64,000 bases of DNA from Callorhinchus milii (taxonomy: Eukaryota), in NCBI RefSeq assembly GCF_018977255.1, contig NW_024704743.1, positions 44,828,001 to 44,892,000 on the forward strand. Reading direction: 5' to 3'. Shown in pieces: positions 1-12,293 of this stretch. The first letter of the stretch is position 1. Every line of letters starts with the position of its first letter. Both the position numbers and the translations under genes were made by a program. Under the pieces are notes generated by a model, which did not search any database, was not told where the DNA came from, and saw only the letters and a list, made by a program, of their open reading frames with translations.

Positions 1-417
1 TCTGTACTTGAGGGCAAATTTGGCAGACAATTTGTGAGGCACATTGTCACACAACCAGCCGTGAAACACGTAACCAATTTTATTTGGTCTACACTGTTCT
101 ACATTATCATTGATGCTTCTCTCACTAACTTCAATCTTCTTTCATAAACATATTTCTTCGACCGTGCTTTTGGACAACATCAAGAAATCTCTCTTTTTCC
201 TCTCACTGTGCACCGTTTTATTTGTCAAGGGTTTTAAAATGTTCTTCAGTGTGAAAGGGATACAAAAGCAGGATGTAATTTTGTTAAAAGGAGTTAGAAA
301 AAAATTTTTTTATTGCCTTTCTGCAGTGATATTGGATACATAATAATTATTAATATGCCAGATTTAGTACCTGGTTGAGCTGTTTATTTAGTGCATGGTT
401 GTATTATATATGTATTG

Positions 418-450
418 TGGAGTCCTGTAGCTCAATGGTTAGAGCACTCG
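418..450 (+). mobile_element. Isolated 5' head of the tRNA-derived SINE
   Basis: TGGAGTCCTGTAGCTCAATGGTTAGAGCACTCG matches the start of full copies (1250, and reverse complement at 39061 and 61822). Confidence 0.8.
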
Positions 451-600
451 GGAGTGGGAGAGAGAAGATGGGGAACTGTAGACCAGTCAGTCTGACATCG
501 GTGGTAGGGAAAATTCTAGAATCCTTAATTAGGACATCGTAGTGGGGTACTTAGAAGACCATAACTCCTGGTCCTAATTCCTATGTTCCTATGTTCCTAA
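451..600 (+). mobile_element. CR1-clade LINE remnant: RT N-terminal motif joined to a 3' tail
   Basis: Translates NCRPVSLTSVVGKILESLIR (CR1 'NYRPVSLTS' motif), then ends in (TTCCTATG)n-type tail repeats. Confidence 0.7.
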
Positions 601-695
601 AATTAAGATTGAATTTAAGAATCTTTTAAATTCTATACCATCTTAAATTGTATGACAGTGGTTTTCAGCTTAAAACCATGAGGAACTTGGGACCT
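600..695. mobile_element. AT-rich MITE-like fragment
   Basis: Similar to the reverse complement of 36141-36235 and to 62785-62832 (AAATTAAGATT...GACA-TG-TTTT-AG-CT-A-ACCATGA). Confidence 0.45.
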
Positions 696-1249
696 CTGAC
701 TAACGTGGCTCACATATGAGAATGGCCTGTTCGAGTAATTACACAGCCACAATCAGAATTTGTGAAGCTATGCCAAGTGTAAGTCATTGCTTTGAACAGT
801 GGAGAAAATTAAAGAAAAGTAACAGCAGAATTTAATTTTAAGAAGACCATCCAGTAAATATGGCACAAAACAGATATTTCAATGTATCCAGTGAACTATA
901 AAAATGTTTTCAATTATATTATTATTTAAAATTTGTCTAATGAAAAACATTCCAGGAATAATCTATTGGACTCATTTCTAATTCATTCATATTTAAACAT
1001 TTTATCAATTGCATATTAGTTTCACAATATTTTCAAATGTGATGCTTTGTTTTTTNCCATTAAAGTTCCACTAAATTTAATATTAGTTGAAGGATCCATG
1101 TAATATAAAAATCATAGTTTGCATATAAGATTGCTAGAGTATATAGTGTATACTCTGTATGCTAGAGTATACAGAGTTTATAGTGTTATGTTTAAATAAT
1201 GAATGTATAGTAATGTAATGTTAGAATAAACATTCCTAAATGTACATAG

Positions 1250-1620
1250 TGGAGTCCTGTAGCTCAGTGGTATGAGCATTCACCTTGCAAGCGAGAGACC
1301 TGGGTTCTATTCCTGGCAGGGCGAAACGTTGGGCAAGTTTCCTTACTCCACACGCCTCTGTTTACCTAACAGTAAGTAGGAACCTGGTTGTTAGTCGATT
1401 GGTGGATCACTGTTCTGAGGTTAATAATCCCCCCAAAAAATAATAATATGAATTTGGTCACTCGATTCATGACTGTGGGACACTGCTGTGCACAATTGGC
1501 TGCTTCGTTTCACTCAAACATATACAGTCAATTCATTTAACAGTATATTCTGTGAAGCGCTTTGACATGTCTAGAAGATGTGAAAAGCGCTATATATGAA
1601 ATGCAAGTATTATTATTAAT
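1250..1620 (+). mobile_element. tRNA-Ala-derived SINE, long subfamily, full length
   Basis: A box TAGCTCAGTGG, B box GGTTCTATTCC, body TTGGGCAAGTTTCCTTACTCCACACGCC, L2-like 3' stem-loop and (TTA)n tail. Confidence 0.9.
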
Positions 1621-2597
1621 ATTATATACTAAAAACATATTATTCTTTAAGAATTTTTTTCTATTAATTTTTTTTAGTATATTGCCATTACTTACATACA
1701 GTACATAATCAGCGTATCTGTTCTGTGTTATTTTTGTGATATATTTTCATTAGATTGTAACCTGGCTGTTCTCCATAATATATCATTAAACAGTAGTTCA
1801 CCATTTATCCTTCATTATTTCCGAAAGTCCATTATTTTGTGGGCTTTGAATTATTGAAGTATTATTCATTCCTTAGTCTCCCTATAGCTACGTCCAACAT
1901 AAGGTTCTATTTCTACTATACCAGGTACAATTCAGATAACTGGCTTTGTACTTGCATTTTCACTATCTCCCATGTTGATTAGTCAAAACCTATTTCTACT
2001 GCAAACCACTTGACCTCTAGACTGAAGCTCCCTGCACTTGTTACTCTATCGCTGATTGATAGCTTCTGGACTGTCCTCCGAGTCTGTCAGTTTCACCATC
2101 AATACTTGTTCAGCTTCTCTTAATCAAGTTGCTATCTGTGGTTTCATACTCATCCTGGCTAAATACCTTTGGGACCTTTCTCCTTAGCTCTCACATCATC
2201 TCACTTTGTGGCAATCTCTAGAAAGGAATCCCCATCCCTCCCCCCTCCACAGGGTTGTCAGTAACCTCCAACATTGTCTTTCTCCTTTTGCAACTGGATT
2301 TATATTATTAATTTAGAATGGTCCTGGAAAACCCTGAGAATATTCACCTCTGTTTTGACTCTGTATATCTGTGTAAAGATTGTTTTAATAGTAGTAAAAC
2401 TGTTCAATCCCTGAATGATGGTCTAATGAGCAGAAACTAGCCCCAAACATTGTTTTTCATCACTTTATAATAATATTAGATGTGAATGTGAGAAACAGAC
2501 AGTAGGACTGAGAGTGGACTTTAATCAACTCAACACAAACTAGGACTGCCCAAACGGGAAAGCCTCATTGGTTTGTTAATGTAGTTTCCTACATTTC

Positions 2598-3756
2598 TTT
2601 CCTCTCGTCCCCGCACCGTCTCGTGTGGTGTTCCTCGGGGCTCTGTCCTTGGTCCCCCTCTCTTCAATAGCTACATGCTCCTCTTGGTGACACCATCCAC
2701 AGACATGGAGTCAACATCCACATGTATGTGGATGACGCCCAACTGTACCTCTCTGCCTCCACCTTCAACTGCTGGACCACTGCTGCCCTGACAGAATGTC
2801 TGTTGAACATCAAGTCCTGGATGAGAGCTAACTTTCTTCAGTTGAACATCAACAAGACCGAAGCTCTCCTGATTGGCTCCCATCAGCATCACCCTCCATG
2901 GTTGCACACTCCACCTTACTAAGCCAGTCCGGAACCTTGGCGTCTTGTTTGATCCTCAACTATCCTTTCTACCCCACATCTGTGACATGACCCTCTGCCT
3001 TCCCCACCACATCACCCGGCTCCACCATTGTCTCACACCACAGACAGCCGAAACTCTCATACACGCTTTCATTACATTGAGGCTCGACTACAACAACAAC
3101 AACAACAACAAAATTAAATTTATAGAGTGCCGTTCACGTCGGGAGGACGTCCTAAAGTGCTGGACCATGCAAGCTCCTTGCTTGTCGGCTTCCTTAACTC
3201 CTCCCTCCATAGGCTGCAGATCATCTAGAATTCTGCAGCCCGTGTCCTTTCTGACACTAGGCTCCGTGACCCTATCACCCTCATCTTCGCCTGACTCCAC
3301 TGGCTTCCCATCACCCAGAGGATACAGTTCAAGATCCTGGTCCTCACCTTTAAAGCCCTCCATGGTCTTGCTCCCCCCTACCTCTGCAATCTTCTAACCC
3401 CCCTACCATCCTGCCCACTCCCTCCGCTTAGCGGGCTCTGGCCTGCTTCACGTCCCCCGCTCGCTCACCCCACCATTGGTGGCCGGGCCTTCTGCTACTC
3501 TGTCTCCACATTCTGGAACTGCATCCTGCAGTCCTTCTGCCTTACCCCCTCCCTTGCCTCCTTCAAGACACATCTCAAAACCTTCCTCTTCAACCGCACT
3601 TTTGATCACCCTGCTTCACCCCCTGCCCTCTACCCGCCCCGATCCCGCCCCCCCAGCTCGGGACTGAAACTCTGATTCTCCAGCACCTTGGGATGTCCTC
3701 CCGACATGAAAGGTGTTATACAAATGTAATTTTGTTGTTGCTGTTGTTGTTGTTGT
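2598..3756 (+). mobile_element. 5'-truncated L2 LINE (RT C-terminal half to 3' end)
   Basis: MYVDDAQLY and NLGVLFDPQLSF motifs, (GTT)n tail; collinear with the 5341-8452 copy. Confidence 0.9.
3090..3165 (-). mobile_element. Tiny L2 3'-end insertion nested in an L2
   Basis: (CAA)n followed by the reverse-complement L2 terminus GTTCACGTCGGGAGGACGTCC, interrupting ...CTCGACTA/TGCAAGCTCC... Confidence 0.85.
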
Positions 3757-3759
3757 GCA

Positions 3760-4612
3760 TTATTGCTTTGTGGCTCAGTGTATCAGGGAGCCCACAAGGA
3801 GTAGTTCTCTCTCTCTCCCTGATACTATTCAGGGAGTTGAAATAGTTGATTTACTGGGTGACAGTGATCATAGCTCAATAACATTCAAATTGACTTGGGA
3901 AATGGCACAATCACTCAACTAAACTTATACAATTTTAGACGGGTAACCTGCAGAGGCATCAGGACTACACTGAGTGACATAGACCGGGGGCATTACTCAA
4001 AGACAAATCAGCTGATGATAAATACAATACAATACAAAATTACATTTTCTTCAAAAACATTATGAAAAGCATGCAAGGCAAGTACAAGAGTGCAGCACGG
4101 ACAAATTAATGCTCCAGAATGGATCAACATCAACTAAAAAGAGAGATTAAGAAAAAATTTACAAAGCTTGTAGGGAGAAAAGAGATTTTTTTTTCCCAAT
4201 TATTTTCAGTTCAAGTCAGCTCCAAGGAGATCACCCCAGAAGAAAATGGGAGAAGAGACAAGGTGACCATTGGACAGAATACAAGACTGTGCAGAAAGAA
4301 GTTAAAACAAAGAGATTAGGGAAGACAATATAGAACAGGAAATGGACAAAGCATCAAGTGCAAAACATAATACAACAACATTCTTTCAATATTACAACAG
4401 TAAGAGGGTAGTCAGAGAAGATATTAATACTCTGGGATGCATAGGGGGTTGAAAAAGAAAATAAACAGGCGATAGTGAACATATTAAATACGTGTTTCCT
4501 GGAGATTTTTTTACCGGGTATGTCGCTAATGCCCCCGACATTCAGTCAACAATGCTTAAACTCCAGAAATTTCACGTAAGTGAAGCTGAGGTTCTAGATT
4601 GGATCAACCAGC
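3760..4612 (+). mobile_element. Degenerate CR1 ORF2 fragment (endonuclease C-terminus and tether)
   Basis: Translates FVAQCIREPTR...LLGDSDHSSITFK and TFFQYYNSKRVVRE, typical of CR1 ORF2. Confidence 0.75.
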
Positions 4613-5000
4613 TTTTCTTTTTCATCAGCCCACAAAGCAACTCATCACCATGCTTAAGAGTATTCAATCCAGTTCCACGTAGGTTTGTCACCTACACATG
4701 GACATTTTCTGTGTCCTGGAATGGAATAAACACTGTCTGGTAAGCTTTGCGCTGCTTGTCCAGCTACAACCACCCTCTTTAGAGCTTTGGCTTGCAAAGT
4801 GAAAACGAGCCGTATGGGAAGAATCCCTGCTCCTAGAACAAGTCCATGTCTCATGAATGAGCGAGGCTGGCTAATCTGTCATCAGCAGTGATCTGGATTA
4901 CTATGGCTCAGGACTCGGACTACTGAGATCGCCGTAGAAGATTGACTTGATTGTGACATTCATTGCCAATCATGTCATCTTGGTGCAAACTTCCTTGATG
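4613..5000 (-). mobile_element. Ancient unassigned repeat, possible RTE-like LINE 5' region (copy 1)
   Basis: Shares TCACCATGCTTAAGAGTAT, CACCTACACATGG, GGGAAGAATCCC and CATTGCCAA-CATG with the copies at 31250, 58400 and 59560. Strand is inferred. Confidence 0.6.
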
Positions 5001-5340
5001 ATTTACAGGTCCAAGTCTGTTCTAGAATCTGCCGCTTACCAGTTTTAATCAACATCAACTTAATCCAGTGCTTGGGAGAACTCACCGTGGTGAGTGGAGT
5101 GCACAGGATCTGCAGGTAACAAGGCAGTTACAAAACAAGTTGACGCTGTGATGAGAGGATGGGAGAGTGGGTATTCTGGAAGGATGAGATCAAATGAGCT
5201 AAAGGGCCTTCTTCACCAAACCTGTTTTGTGTTTTCTTCGTTTTTTGGGATAGGGTTTGCGTTCATCAAGATGAGGAGTAGGGGGATAGGGCAAGTGGAG
5301 TAGAGGGATAGGGCAAGACCCGCGTTGGCTCTCCCTCAAA

Positions 5341-8300
5341 ATGCCCCCCTCCATGCAACTCTCCCGCTCTGTCCTGCTCTCTCTCCTCCCTCCCCACCTC
5401 CTATCTCTGCTTGACCCCCCCCCACTGCCTCCCTCTGCTCCAGCCTGGGAATCCTTCACTGGGCTCATTGCAGCACTCAGCATTGGCTGGCTGTCCAGCA
5501 GCAGCCCCATTCCCCACTACTGCCGCAAGCCATCCCGGACCCAGGCCCCAGGGGCTAACCTCTCCTCCCTCATCCACATCCCCACCCTCCCTGCCAAACA
5601 ACCCACTAGCCCCTCCCATCCCACACATCCCCCTGCCAACTGTCCACTCCGCATTGGCCTTCAAAATGTCTGCTCCATCTCCAACAAGACCCTGGCCACC
5701 AATGAACTCATCCTCAATGAGAACATTGACATTATGGCCCTCACTGAAACCTGGATCACCCCAGGTGACACCTTCCGCCTCACTGAGGCTACACCATCCA
5801 GTTACACCTACCACCATGCCCCACGACCCAATCGTCGTGGCGGTGGTGAGGCCCTCATATCCAGGGTGTCACATGCCCTATCCCCCTACTTCACCGGCTC
5901 GTTCCCCTCTTTTGAACACCTTACCCTCTGCCATCCCTCCCACCTCTCTCTAAAAATTCTCTTACTTTACCGCCCCCCAAAATCCTCCCCCACCTTCATC
6001 TCTGACATCTCCAACCTTCTAGCTTCCCTCTGCTCCGACTGCCTCATCATCATAGGCAATTTCAACCTCCACTTCACCCCCTCCTGCTCCACCTCCTCAG
6101 ACTTCTCCTCTCTTCTCTCCTCTCTCAACCTCTCCCTCCACATCCACTCTGCTACCTACACCCACGGTCTCCCGCACGACCTGGTGATCACCCGGGGCCT
6201 CAGGGTCTCGGATGTCACCATCACTGACAAGGCCATCTCTGACCACCATTTCATCTCCCTCAACTCCCATATCCCTCTCCCCACTGCCTCCAAACCTACC
6301 ACCATCTTCTACTGCCTGTGGAAGAAGATCTCCCCGCAATCCCTCTTTGCTGCCCTGGAGTCCTCTGCACTCTTCCCCCTCTGGGCCACCTTTCGCACCA
6401 ACCCACTCGCTGCGCTTACTCTTCTCCACAGCACCTTCTCCATCACACTCGACGCCCTTGCCCCCCTCACCTCCCGAACTGCCTCCTATTCCCGATCCTC
6501 ACCCTGGTTCACCAGCCACCTCCGCTCGCTTAAGGGCCAGATGCGGTCTGCCGAACGCACTTGGTCTAATGGTCCACCGCCACATCTGGCTGGACCTCAT
6601 CAAGACTACCGCTCTTCTCTCACCTCAGCCAAATCATCCTCCTATTCCAGGTTAATCCTGGAGGCGAAGGGCAACCCCAGGCTCCTGTTCTCCACCACCA
6701 ACCGCTCCTCCGCCCTCCCCGCCACGCCTCGCAGATTCTTTCCTCTGACTCTCACTGCGAGAAAATGCTGGACTTGGTCGAGTCCAAAATCGAAGGAATC
6801 CACTCAGCTGCCATTGGCCTTTCAACTTCCACCCCCTCCCTATCCCCATCACACAAAATTACCCATCCGACAATTACCCATCCCTCCTTCCACACCTTTG
6901 AACCTATCAACCCCTACCTCTGTCTTCACCACCGTAACCTCCATGAAGCCCACCCCCTGCTCCCTGGACCCCTCCCCACCCTTCTCCTTAAATCTCAGCT
7001 CCACCTCCTTGCCCCACTACTCACCGACATCATTAACCTCTCCCTGTCATCTGGCAATGTGCCTTCCCCTCTCAAAACAGCCATTATCACCCCCACTTTG
7101 AAGAAACCTTCCCTTGACCCATCACAACTATCTAGTTACTGACCCATCTCAAATCTCTCCTTCCTATCCAAGGTCCTTGAGAGAGCTGTCTCTTCCCAGC
7201 TTCTCTCTTTCCTCTACTCCCACTCCCTCCATGAGTACCCCCAATCGGGTTTCCGTGCTGCCCACAGCACAGAAACTGCTCTGGTCAAGGTCACAAATGA
7301 TATCCTGACCATGTGTGACCAGAACTCCCTCTGCCTCCTGGTCCTCCTCGACCTCTCTGCTGCCTTCGACACTGTGGACCACTCATTCCTCCTCCACCAT
7401 CTCTCTTCCCACCTCAACCTTCAAGGTTCTGTCGTTGACTGGTTTAGGTCCTACCTTTCACACCGCCTCCAATTCGTCGTGGCAAACGGCTTCTCCTCCA
7501 GCCCCTGCACCGTCTCATGCGGTGTTCCACAGGGCTCTGTCCTCGGTCCCCTCCTCTTCACCCTCTACACGCTCCCCCTTGGTGACATCATCTGCAGACA
7601 TGGGATAAATTTCCACTTGTATGCGGATGACACCCAACTCTACCTCTCCCCCTCTACCCTCAACTCCAGGACTACTGGCGTCCTGACGACTGCCTGTCCG
7701 ACATCAAGTCCTGGATGAGGGACAACTTTCTCTAACTCAACGTCAGCAAGACCGAGGCCTTCCTGATTGGTTTGCACCAGCGCACCTCAGGCTCTGGCAG
7801 CATCAGCCTCCACGGCTGCACACTCAACCTCACTAAGCCATTCAGGAATCTGGGTATCTTGTTTAACCCTGAACTGTCCTTTCTCCCCCACATCCGCGCC
7901 ATGATGGACACTGCCTACCACCACCTCCGCAACATTGCCAGACTCCGCCATTGCCTCACCCGTCAGGCTGCCGAAACCCTCACCCACGCATTCATCACAT
8001 GAAGGCTCGATTACGGGAACTCCCTCCTCATCAGCCTTCCCAACTCTTCCCTTCACAAGCTGCAGATCATCCACAATTCTGCAGCTTGTGTACTTTCACC
8101 CACCAGGCTCCATGACGCCATCACTCCCACCCTCGCCCATCCATCCTCCATGTCTCCCACCCGACCCGCCCTACCATCAGTGGCCGGGCTTTCAGCCTCT
8201 CTACCCCCACACTCTGGAACTCTATCCCACGGTCCCTTCGCCTCGCTTCCTCCCTTTCCTCCTTCAAAGCCGGTCTGAAGACCCTTCTCTTTGACCATGC

Positions 8301-8452
8301 CTTTGGTCACCCTTCCACCTCTCTGCCTTCCCTCACCCCTACATTACTCCTCCCCTGTGCTCGGGCCCCAACACCTGACTGTTCAGCGCTTTGGGACATC
8401 CTCCTGACTTGAAAGGCACTCTATAATTGTAATTTTGTTGTTGTTGTTGTTG
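5341..8452 (+). mobile_element. Near-full-length L2 LINE (APE endonuclease + reverse transcriptase), inactivated
   Basis: APE motifs GLQNVCS, DIMALTETW, YRPP, IIGNFN, SDHH; RT motifs [34 protein letters not shown]. Several frameshifts, an in-frame TAA near 7734, an internal deletion near 8140 and a (GTT)n tail. Confidence 0.95.
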
Positions 8453-9064
8453 AATGCCTGTGCAGGGAAATAGAACATTTTCCCCACTCCTAATACCCTG
8501 CTTTATTATCAAGCACTCCCATAAATATCTTTTCCAGACATGCAGGAAAGCTCCCTCAACACTGTCCCAACATGACAAGGCCATTCTCTCCGACATCAGT
8601 CTGACATGTCCATTTCTTACAACAGCCATTTTCATGGCCTGCCTGAATCAGATTATCACTTTACTGTAATCATTCCTGTTTATGGCAGTTTTGTGTACTC
8701 TGAACTCCACTAGGAACTGAGCTGAGCCTGCTTGAACCCCTATTCAAAATAGGATTGTTACAGCCCATAGCACACAGAAGGCCTTCATCACATTTGTTTG
8801 AGTCAAATTTAAATTCTAGGTTCTGGAGTTAAGCAACTATATTGCTTCTCCAAGTCAGCCAGAATATACAGTACTCCTAAAATTAAAAACGTCAGCAAAC
8901 CTTTATTCATTGGTGTGCAAACACTCAATGTAAATCACATCAAAACTGATTGAGATTTATTCTGTTCCATACACTTCCACAGTATGCTCACTGAAGTGGG
9001 TTAAGCATTATTCTTTGTTGAATAAGTTTCACAAAATTCACAAAAGACCACAAATGTTATAATT

Positions 9065-9210
9065 ATAATAGTAGTAATAGTAATAATAGTAATAATCATC
9101 ATCATCATCCTTGCATTTGATATAGCACCTTATCATGTCTTCGAGACATCTCAAAGCACTTCACAGAATATACTGTAAAGTGAATTGAGTATATATTTTG
9201 TGGGTTAAAC
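9065..9210 (-). mobile_element. SINE 3' tail fragment
   Basis: CCTTGCATTTGATATAGCACCTTATCATGTCTTCGAGAC matches the SINE terminus. Confidence 0.8.
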
Positions 9211-9902
9211 ATTATAAATAACTTGAATACAAATATTAATAATAATATTTTGAATTTGTCTCTGCACTTATAAATAAATCTAAATGCATTTTTTTAAAAA
9301 ATTGTAATGTAATTTTATTAAAGTTGTCATTAAAAATGACATTAGAAATTTTTTAAAAATTGCATTTAGATTTATTTCGAAGTGCAGAGAAAAATTCACA
9401 AAATTTACCGAATGAAGTGAACAGGACATAGGCCATAATGAATGAATCCAATATAATTCATTGTTGTATCCCTTGCACGACAATCCATCCAGATAAAAAT
9501 GTCACATCTTTTCTGATTCTTTTTATTTCACATATACTTGTCAATAAAAAATGCAACAAAAATAATCCCATAATGATGACTCAAAGAGCTAAGAAATCAA
9601 ATTAAGCAACTAATAATTCAAGCAAACTCCCGAAAGTAGCTCTTGAAATGATAGTCTTCAAGCAATGAAGTAAAAGACTTCATAATTTTTGGCAATAACT
9701 GTACATGATCCATACTTTACTTAACCCTGCAAATCTGTAACTGAAGGAATGTAAAGTGGTGGAGCTCAAACCTCTGATGATCCTATAAGACTCTGTTGAT
9801 GACAAGCTCAGGAAAACTGGAGCCAAAGTAAAGATAAGGCAGGGAGTCTGTCAACGGCAAAGACAGTGAATATTGCACCTAATATTGCATGGACTGAGAA
9901 AA

Positions 9903-11017
9903 TAACAACAACAACAACAAAATTACATGTGTATAGCACCTTTCATGTCAGGAGGACATCCTGGCGCTGGACAGACTGAGTTTCGGACCTGAGCTGGGGG
10001 TTGGTGTTGGGGAGTGCGGAGGGCAGGGGGGAAGCAAGGAGATCAAAAGCATGGTCAAAGAGAAGAGTCTTGAAATGGGTCTTGAAGGAGGCAAGGGAGG
10101 GGGCGAGGTGGAGGGACTGTGGGATGGAGTTCCAGAGTGTGGGGGCAGAGTGCAGAAGATCCGCCTGCCAATAGTATGACGAGTGAGGCAGGGGACATGA
10201 AGCAGGCTGGAGCCCGCTGAGCGGAGGGATCGAGCAGGATGGTAGGGGTTTAGGAGGTCGCAGAGGTAGGGAGGAGCAAGACCATGGAGGGCTTTAAAGG
10301 TGCGGACCAGGATCTTGAACTGTATCCTCTGGGTGATGGGAAGCCAGTGGAGTCGGGCGAGGATGGGGGTGATAGGATCACGGAACCTAGTGTGGGAAAG
10401 GACACGGGCTGCAGATTTCTGGATGATTTGCAGCCTGTGGAGGGAGGAGTTGGGGATTTGCTTACAAGCAAGGAATTTGCACAGTCGAGCCTCAATGTAA
10501 TGAAAGCGTGTATGAGGGTTTCGGTGGCCTGCGGTGTGAGTGGTGGATCCGGGCGATATTGCGGAGGTGGGAGGAAGGCAGAGCGGGTCATGGCGCAGAT
10601 GTGGAGCAGAAAGGATACGTGAGGGTCAAACAAGACCCCAAGGTTCCGGACTGGCTTAGTAAGGTGGAGTGTGCAACCATGGATGGTGATGCTGTCAGCG
10701 CCTGAGGTGAGGAGGCGCTGACGGGAGCCAATCAGGAGAGCCTCGGTCTTGTTGACGTTCAACTGAAGAGAGTTAGCTCTCATCCAGGACTTGATGTACG
10801 ACAGACATTCTGTCAGGACAGCAGTGGTCCTGGAGTCAAGGGTAGAGGCAGAGAGATAGAGTTGGGTGTCATCCGCATACATGTGGAAGTTGACCCCATG
10901 TCTGCAGATGATGTCATCAAGAGGGAACATAGAAGAGGAGGGTCCCTGTCCTTGGTCCCCTTCTTTTTGAAGAGGAGGGGACCAAAGTCAGAGCCCTGAG
11001 GAATGCCGCACGAGACA
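9903..11017 (-). mobile_element. 5'-truncated L2 LINE
   Basis: ORF 10250-10930 carries YADDTQLY; (AAC)n tail at 9903. Confidence 0.92.
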
Positions 11018-11062
11018 GATAAAAGAAAAATAAAAGAACTATGAAATGTGATCATACATATT

Positions 11063-11455
11063 AGTAATAATAATAATCATTGTTTTATTGATAGTATTTA
11101 GAACACCAAACATCTCAAATGCTTCACAGAAATTGCTCTCAAGAATAGTGACTGTATAGGTAAGCAAATGTAACACCATTTTGTGCACAGCAAGGTCCCA
11201 CAAGCCAACTACTTAACCTGAAAGATTGTTAACCAGGAGAAATTCCTTTCTCTTTTCAAGTAGTGTCCTGACATTTTACACATCCAAACAAATGGGCATT
11301 AAACTAATCAGTTTAATGTCTCATCTGAAAGACACTTCAAACAATGTGGCACTTCCCATTCCCCCCCACCCCACTACACAGGAGGGTCAACCTGGCTAAA
11401 TGGCTCATGTCCTATTATAGGCTGATCCAGAAAGAAGTGTGCTACCACTGAGCTG
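11063..11455 (-). mobile_element. Older SacSINE1/DeuSINE-like SINE
   Basis: Reverse-complement similarity to 11893-12293 (GTTTAATGTCTCATCTGAAAGAC; GTGCTACCACTGAGC head). Family name from memory. Confidence 0.6.
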
Positions 11456-11892
11456 AAGAGATCTTGTTAAGACCTCGCAATGTACTCATGGATGTTACTC
11501 TTATTGATGTTTCTCAATCACTGAGTAGTAATAGAATACATAATTAATGGTGCCCTTATACATGTAATTAACAACAAATGAACTGGGTTACATGTGAGTC
11601 TGGAATTTATATTACTTGAGAACTATATGAATAACCTGCATGTAATTGCACCTGGTTTACCCAACCTGCAGAATTTGTACATGGTTTGTTAATGTAACCT
11701 ATAATTAGACACCAATATCTACACAGATGCCAAAGAGTCCGGAAAATGTGAAATATAATTATTTTAACAATTGCCCCATGATGTTCTTAAATCTCTTTCT
11801 TACTGTGTACATTGATATCAAAATTGAAAATCTTGAAATACTTTGAAGGGAATAACTGCCACAGTGTTATGTACATTATTACAGTGTAGAAT

Positions 11893-12293
11893 GTGTCACC
11901 CTGGCAATGTCAGTAGGACTCTAGCCTCTGAATCAAAAGGTTGTAAGATCAAGCCCCACATTGGGACTTTGAGCTTACAGGCTAGGCTGACACTCCAATA
12001 CATTGCTGAGGGTGCACTGCATTGTCAGAGGTGTCATCCTTTGGATGAGACATTAAACAGAGGTCACAAGATCAAATCCCAGTTCACCCTGACATGGCCT
12101 ACAATCTCCCAGATAAAATTGATCATTCACTTCAAGACTGTTTGTGGGACATTGCTATATGCAAGTCGGGTGCTGTGTTCACCTACAAAATACACAATCA
12201 CTACACTTTACTGTAAATCCTGTGAAGCATCCTGAGATGTTTTCTCAACATGAAAGGTGCTATATCAAATGCAAGGATTATTATTATTATTAT
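11893..12293 (+). mobile_element. Older SacSINE1/DeuSINE-like SINE
   Basis: tRNA-like head, CTAGGCTGACACTCCA...GCACTGCATTGTCAGAGGTG...GGATGAGACATTAAAC body, L2-type tail with (TTA)n. Confidence 0.7.

Noticed and set aside
2410..2455. Possible hammerhead ribozyme core (CTAATGAG...GAAAC)
   Set aside because: The CTGATGA core is mutated and I cannot build the required helices.
5341..7101. 586-aa ORF as a host gene or active element
   Set aside because: It is L2 ORF sequence that drifts out of frame after about residue 410; the RT is split by frameshifts and a stop.
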